From Macrostomum lignano (taxonomy: Eukaryota): 64,000 bases of DNA. The notes beneath the pieces are model-generated. The model had not been told where the DNA came from. It did no database searches and saw nothing but the letters and a program-made list of their open reading frames with translations. This document shows, piece by piece, positions 60,677 through 64,000 of this stretch (positions within the stretch are counted from its first letter, which is position 1; each line of letters opens with the position of its first letter). The stretch spans positions 496,001 through 560,000 of the forward strand of contig NIVC01000230.1 of NCBI GenBank assembly GCA_002269645.1, written 5' to 3'. A program made the position numbers and the translations under genes.

Positions 60677-60937
60677 TCAATTGCTACAATCTTTAAAAAT
60701 ATCTAGAAAGAACTGGCAGCACTCCATACAGCACATACAGAAGATCAAACAGTCGCAGGCATTTTCCCTTGCGTCACTGCGTTTATTGTCCGTACCAGCA
60801 CGGGTGATGTCTGTTGGAACTTCTGGCTCCTGCTCAAGCTGGCAGTGCTCCATGCAGCTACTCGTACTCACGTTGCTGCCCCCACCAGTACCAGCAGGGA
60901 CAATGTCTGTTGGAGCTTTGACTGTTGAATCCTGCAT
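60677..60937 (-). CDS. Small hydrophilic protein with Cys-rich C-terminal module (CYSTM-like), 86 aa
   Basis: Internal duplication (APTDIVPAGT / VPTDITRAGT), tail ACDCLIFCMCCMECCQFFLDIFKDCSN*; TATAAAA on minus at ~61040-61046. Confidence 0.55.
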   Translation of the reverse strand: MQDSTVKAPTDIVPAGTGGGSNVSTSSCMEHCQLEQEPEVPTDITRAGTDNKRSDARENACDCLIFCMCCMECCQFFLDIFKDCSN

Positions 60938-61595
60938 CGGCAGTGCGTTGGAATTGCGTTGGTTATCACTTCTCTGACCTGCTGGATGGTTGCTACTGTC
61001 TCTGTCTGACGCTTGTTTTCGTTCACTTTTTGCTTAGTATTTTATATTCCTCTCATTGAATAATTATTGCACGTTGACAAGCATATTGGTATTTTTAGCA
61101 GTGACGCAAGAGACATAAAGTGACATAAAGTTGTACTTAATGGGGACCGTAGCCTAGAGCGCTCTTACTTGCCAGCGGCACATGCATTAATTTGGGGGCT
61201 AAATTGGAATTTCGGCTTGGCTCTGCTCGTGCAATTAACGCTCTTTAAGGCCAACCCAAGGCTCCATGAAGCTTGTACATGGCTTATGCTAAATAAAGTT
61301 AGGGCCGCTGTACACTCCTGTGTGAGTGTGTGCCTGCGCAGTGGAGTCGGCGGAATGTGTGCAGTAATGCCTCTCGCCGGTTGTGCGACAATGTCGCTTA
61401 AAGTGCGCCTGGGTGCACGCAGCCCTCTGAATCTAGTTGACGATGAGAAGGATTGACTTATTTGATTGGAGTTTTAATTGCTGTATAGGGCAGAAGTGTA
61501 AAGTGAATTCAACTCATTTCTTGGACTATATCGTGTTTGTTTCCCTGCATCTCGGATTTATCTGAACTTTCCTCTACTCGGAATCTACTGACTGT

Positions 61596-62185
61596 CAGGG
61601 GCGTCGCCACCGGGGGGACAGGGGGGACATGTCCCCCCTGTAAGAGATATGGAGGGACATGCCAATGCTTTGTCCCCCCCCCAACCACACCCCACCTGCG
61701 GCGCCAAAATGAGTGCCTGCGGCGCTAAAATGAGTGTCTGCGGCGCCAAAATAAGTGTCTGCGGCGCCAAAATGAGTGCCCGCGGCGTCAAAATGAGTGC
61801 CTGCGGCGCTAAAATGAGTGTCTGCGGCGCCAAAATAAGTGTCTGCGGCGCCAAAATGAGTGCCCGCGGCGTCAAAATGAGTGCCTGCGGCGCCAAAATG
61901 AGTGCCTGCGGCGCCAAAATGAGTGCCTGCGGCGCTAAAATGAGTGCCTGCGGCGCTAAAATGAGTGCCTGCGGCGCCAAAATGAGTGCCTGCGGCGTCA
62001 AAATGAGTGCCTGCGGCGCCAAAATGAGTGCTTGCGGCACCAATTAAATGAGTGCCTGCGGCGCCAAAATGAGCGCTGGCAACTCTGATTCTGAATAATG
62101 TACATGTAGGAATTTAGTCATGCACATGTACATGGAGAATTCTTGGCTTTGTCCCCCCACCATAAAATCCCTGGCGTTGCCTCTG
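61596..62185. mobile_element. Non-autonomous hAT-type MITE carrying a 21-bp minisatellite
   Basis: Imperfect 14-bp TIRs (caggggcgtcgcca / tggcgttgcctctg), perfect 8-bp TSD ctgactgt at 61588-61595 and 62186-62193. Confidence 0.85.
61695..62075. repeat. 21-bp minisatellite (gagtgcctgcggcgccaaaat) inside the MITE
   Basis: About 18 copies. Confidence 0.95.
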
Positions 62186-63019
62186 CTGACTGTGTTTTTA
62201 CTTATTAGGATTTTACTAAATGGGATGTTACTGACAGTGATTTTACTATACGGGAATTTAATAAATCGGGTTTTACTGACTGGGACTTATTGATAATGGT
62301 CTCATTTTACTGGCCCAGTTGGAATCAAAGTCAGAATTAAATATATTGCTGTCTTATCGGCCTCTGGTTGCATTTTAAACTTGAGAATCAGCCTAAGACA
62401 CGACACATTCTTGCTTCAATGGAAATTCGGAAGCTCAAAAGGTGGAATGTATACAAGCCAGTCAATTCAGTGCTAAAATATTCAAAACTTTTCCTGTCTC
62501 TATGAAGCTATGCCAGTAAAAGCAACTTTTCTCGGACCTCGGCCACTTATGAAACGCGAGAGAATCCGGAACAAAATGGTGCCTGGCAGAGTCTTCCTGA
62601 AGATTTTTTGTGGCGCCTCATTTTGGGTCTCTGCCTTGCTGCGTGCTCGCAGAAGACAAACTTGTTACAGACAGAGCTTCCGCATTGTCAGCAGTTCATC
62701 TGGGCTGCCTTTCGTTCTGTGAGGGCCAATCCTGCAGTCCGAGGCCCGAAACTGACTGCCAGAGGGTGGTGCTGTTCCAGGCGCTGGTGGAGACCACTCA
62801 GACCCGGATGCTGACGGACTCGTTCGAGATAGACGAAATAGATTCGAAATAGACGTCCTGTAGTTTCTTAGAGCTTGAAAACTGAAAAATATAGGTCAAG
62901 TAAACTAAATCCAAAAACGATATACAACTAGACATATATACTTCGTCCACCATAAAATCGCAAACATAACTGTACTTAATAGTACTGTACTGTACTTTAC
63001 TGCATCTCGGAAGACATCT

Positions 63020-63114
63020 GGGAAAACTCCGCGGAAAAGCCGTGGAGTTTCCGCGGTATTTCCATGGCATTACCTTAGCTCCATGTTCCTACATCAATAA
63101 TCTGAATATATAAG
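63020..63114 (+). promoter_or_regulatory. Promoter of the APOL-like gene: CC(G/A)(C/T)GG motif cluster with AAA/TTT flanks plus TATA box
   Basis: gggaaaactccgcggaaaagccgtggagtttccgcggtatttccatgg at 63020-63067; TATATAAG at ~63107; acceptor ttccattgcag at 63337 just before the ATG. Confidence 0.55.
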
Positions 63115-63346
63115 TCTGAATGACTTCGGCTGCATAGCACATACTTTGGCATCATTCACAGCTATATTTACACACCCTAATTCAGGTTTTCAAGTCTTCG
63201 AAATACCGGTATAGCTGAGTAAGTGTTCATAACTAATTCAACTGGCTGCTTTAATTTAGCAACTTTTTTATTTTCCTATAAACTCGTTTCTATAATGCAA
63301 TTAAGAACGTTTTTTCAATGTAAATTTTCCATTGCAGTTTTGAGAA

Positions 63347-64000
63347 ATGGCTCAAGGAGAAAATGATTCCCCGTACAACGGTATCCTTGAGTGGCTAATT
63401 CCAGCCACCCAAAATGCTAAATTGATAGCTTCAGATTCAAGCAAATTTGCTTGTGAACTGCGTTGTACGGAAAGAAGCGCAAAAAACGAGCTGCTTTCTC
63501 TCTCAGATTGCAGCCCTTACAGCGTGGACTTTAGTAAATGCAGGTTTCTCGACTCGATGGACGGTGCGAAATCTTCTGGAGATGAGCTGAAAAGTAAATG
63601 CGATGCACTCTGTAAAGAATGGAAAAAATTTGCCGATGATTACGCTAAATCAAGCAAAGAGAAAAATGAATTAAGGTCCGCCGAATTAGACAAGCTGTTG
63701 GAAGATATGAATAAACTTTTGGAAAAATGTGCCGCTTGCAGACAGCAATATTCTGCGACTCAAGAGAAATTAAACACCGCCATCAATGACTGCTCCCTCT
63801 TAGTTGAAGAGCTATCAACGGAAGCGGACTGCAAGAGAAAAGAGGAATCTGCCAGAAAACTTAAAGGCTACGTTGCAGCACTCGTTAGCTTTGGTGCAGC
63901 TGTGGCGACTGGTGGCGCGGCTACTCCTGTAGCGATGTTCGCCGCTGGAAGCCTGACAACAGTCTCCTTCGGCACTGCTGCTTGGACCATGGTTACGTCC
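63347..64000 (+). CDS. Partial ORF (218 codons, runs off the window): Cys-containing coiled coil followed by a Gly/Ala-rich hydrophobic hairpin; apolipoprotein-L-like / alpha-pore-former-like
   Basis: Hand translation MAQGENDSPYNGILEWLIP...ELDKLLEDMNKLLEKCAACRQQ...RKLKGYVAALVSFGAAVATGGAATPVAMFAAGSLTTVSFGTAAWTMVTS with no stop. Absent from the ORF track because it is incomplete. Confidence 0.75.
   Translation, partial: MAQGENDSPYNGILEWLIPATQNAKLIASDSSKFACELRCTERSAKNELLSLSDCSPYSVDFSKCRFLDSMDGAKSSGDELKSKCDALCKEWKKFADDYAKSSKEKNELRSAELDKLLEDMNKLLEKCAACRQQYSATQEKLNTAINDCSLLVEELSTEADCKRKEESARKLKGYVAALVSFGAAVATGGAATPVAMFAAGSLTTVSFGTAAWTMVTS

Noticed and set aside
62510-63070. Short ORFs upstream of the APOL-like gene
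   Set aside because: No motifs, alternative start codons, and overlap with the putative promoter; possibly decayed repeat sequence.

Overview
Eukaryotic (animal) genomic DNA with spliceosomal GT-AG introns; no prokaryotic or CRISPR features. Short ~80-100 nt introns, GC-rich intronless genes and dense minisatellites suggest an invertebrate such as the flatworm Macrostomum (inference only). The left 39 kb is one minus-strand gene of ~22 exons. It encodes an estimated ~9,800-aa type I membrane protein: signal peptide, about 52 MAM and 18 LDL-receptor class A domains (counted by eye), a TM helix and an NPxY-containing tail. It is MALRD1/coral MLRP-like, contains a 9.3-kb exon, and is broken by 5-6 single-base deletions that look like assembly errors. 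33-51 kb holds about a dozen unrelated minisatellite arrays and an intronless ARHGAP11A-like RhoGAP. 51-64 kb is an accessory-looking cluster of small, intron-poor, TATA-containing genes for membrane-active or lipidated proteins: a disrupted coiled-coil gene, an LRAT/PLAAT-family enzyme ending in a CaaX-like box, two CYSTM-like Cys-tailed proteins, and a partial APOL/alpha-pore-former-like ORF missing from the ORF track. These are interspersed with a decayed tyrosine-recombinase element, a Tc1 relic, a CORE-like SINE and a hAT-type MITE. The PLAAT-like and APOL-like promoters share a motif cluster at the same distance from the TATA box. This cluster is the best candidate for an undescribed co-regulated cell-autonomous defence or membrane-stress system.
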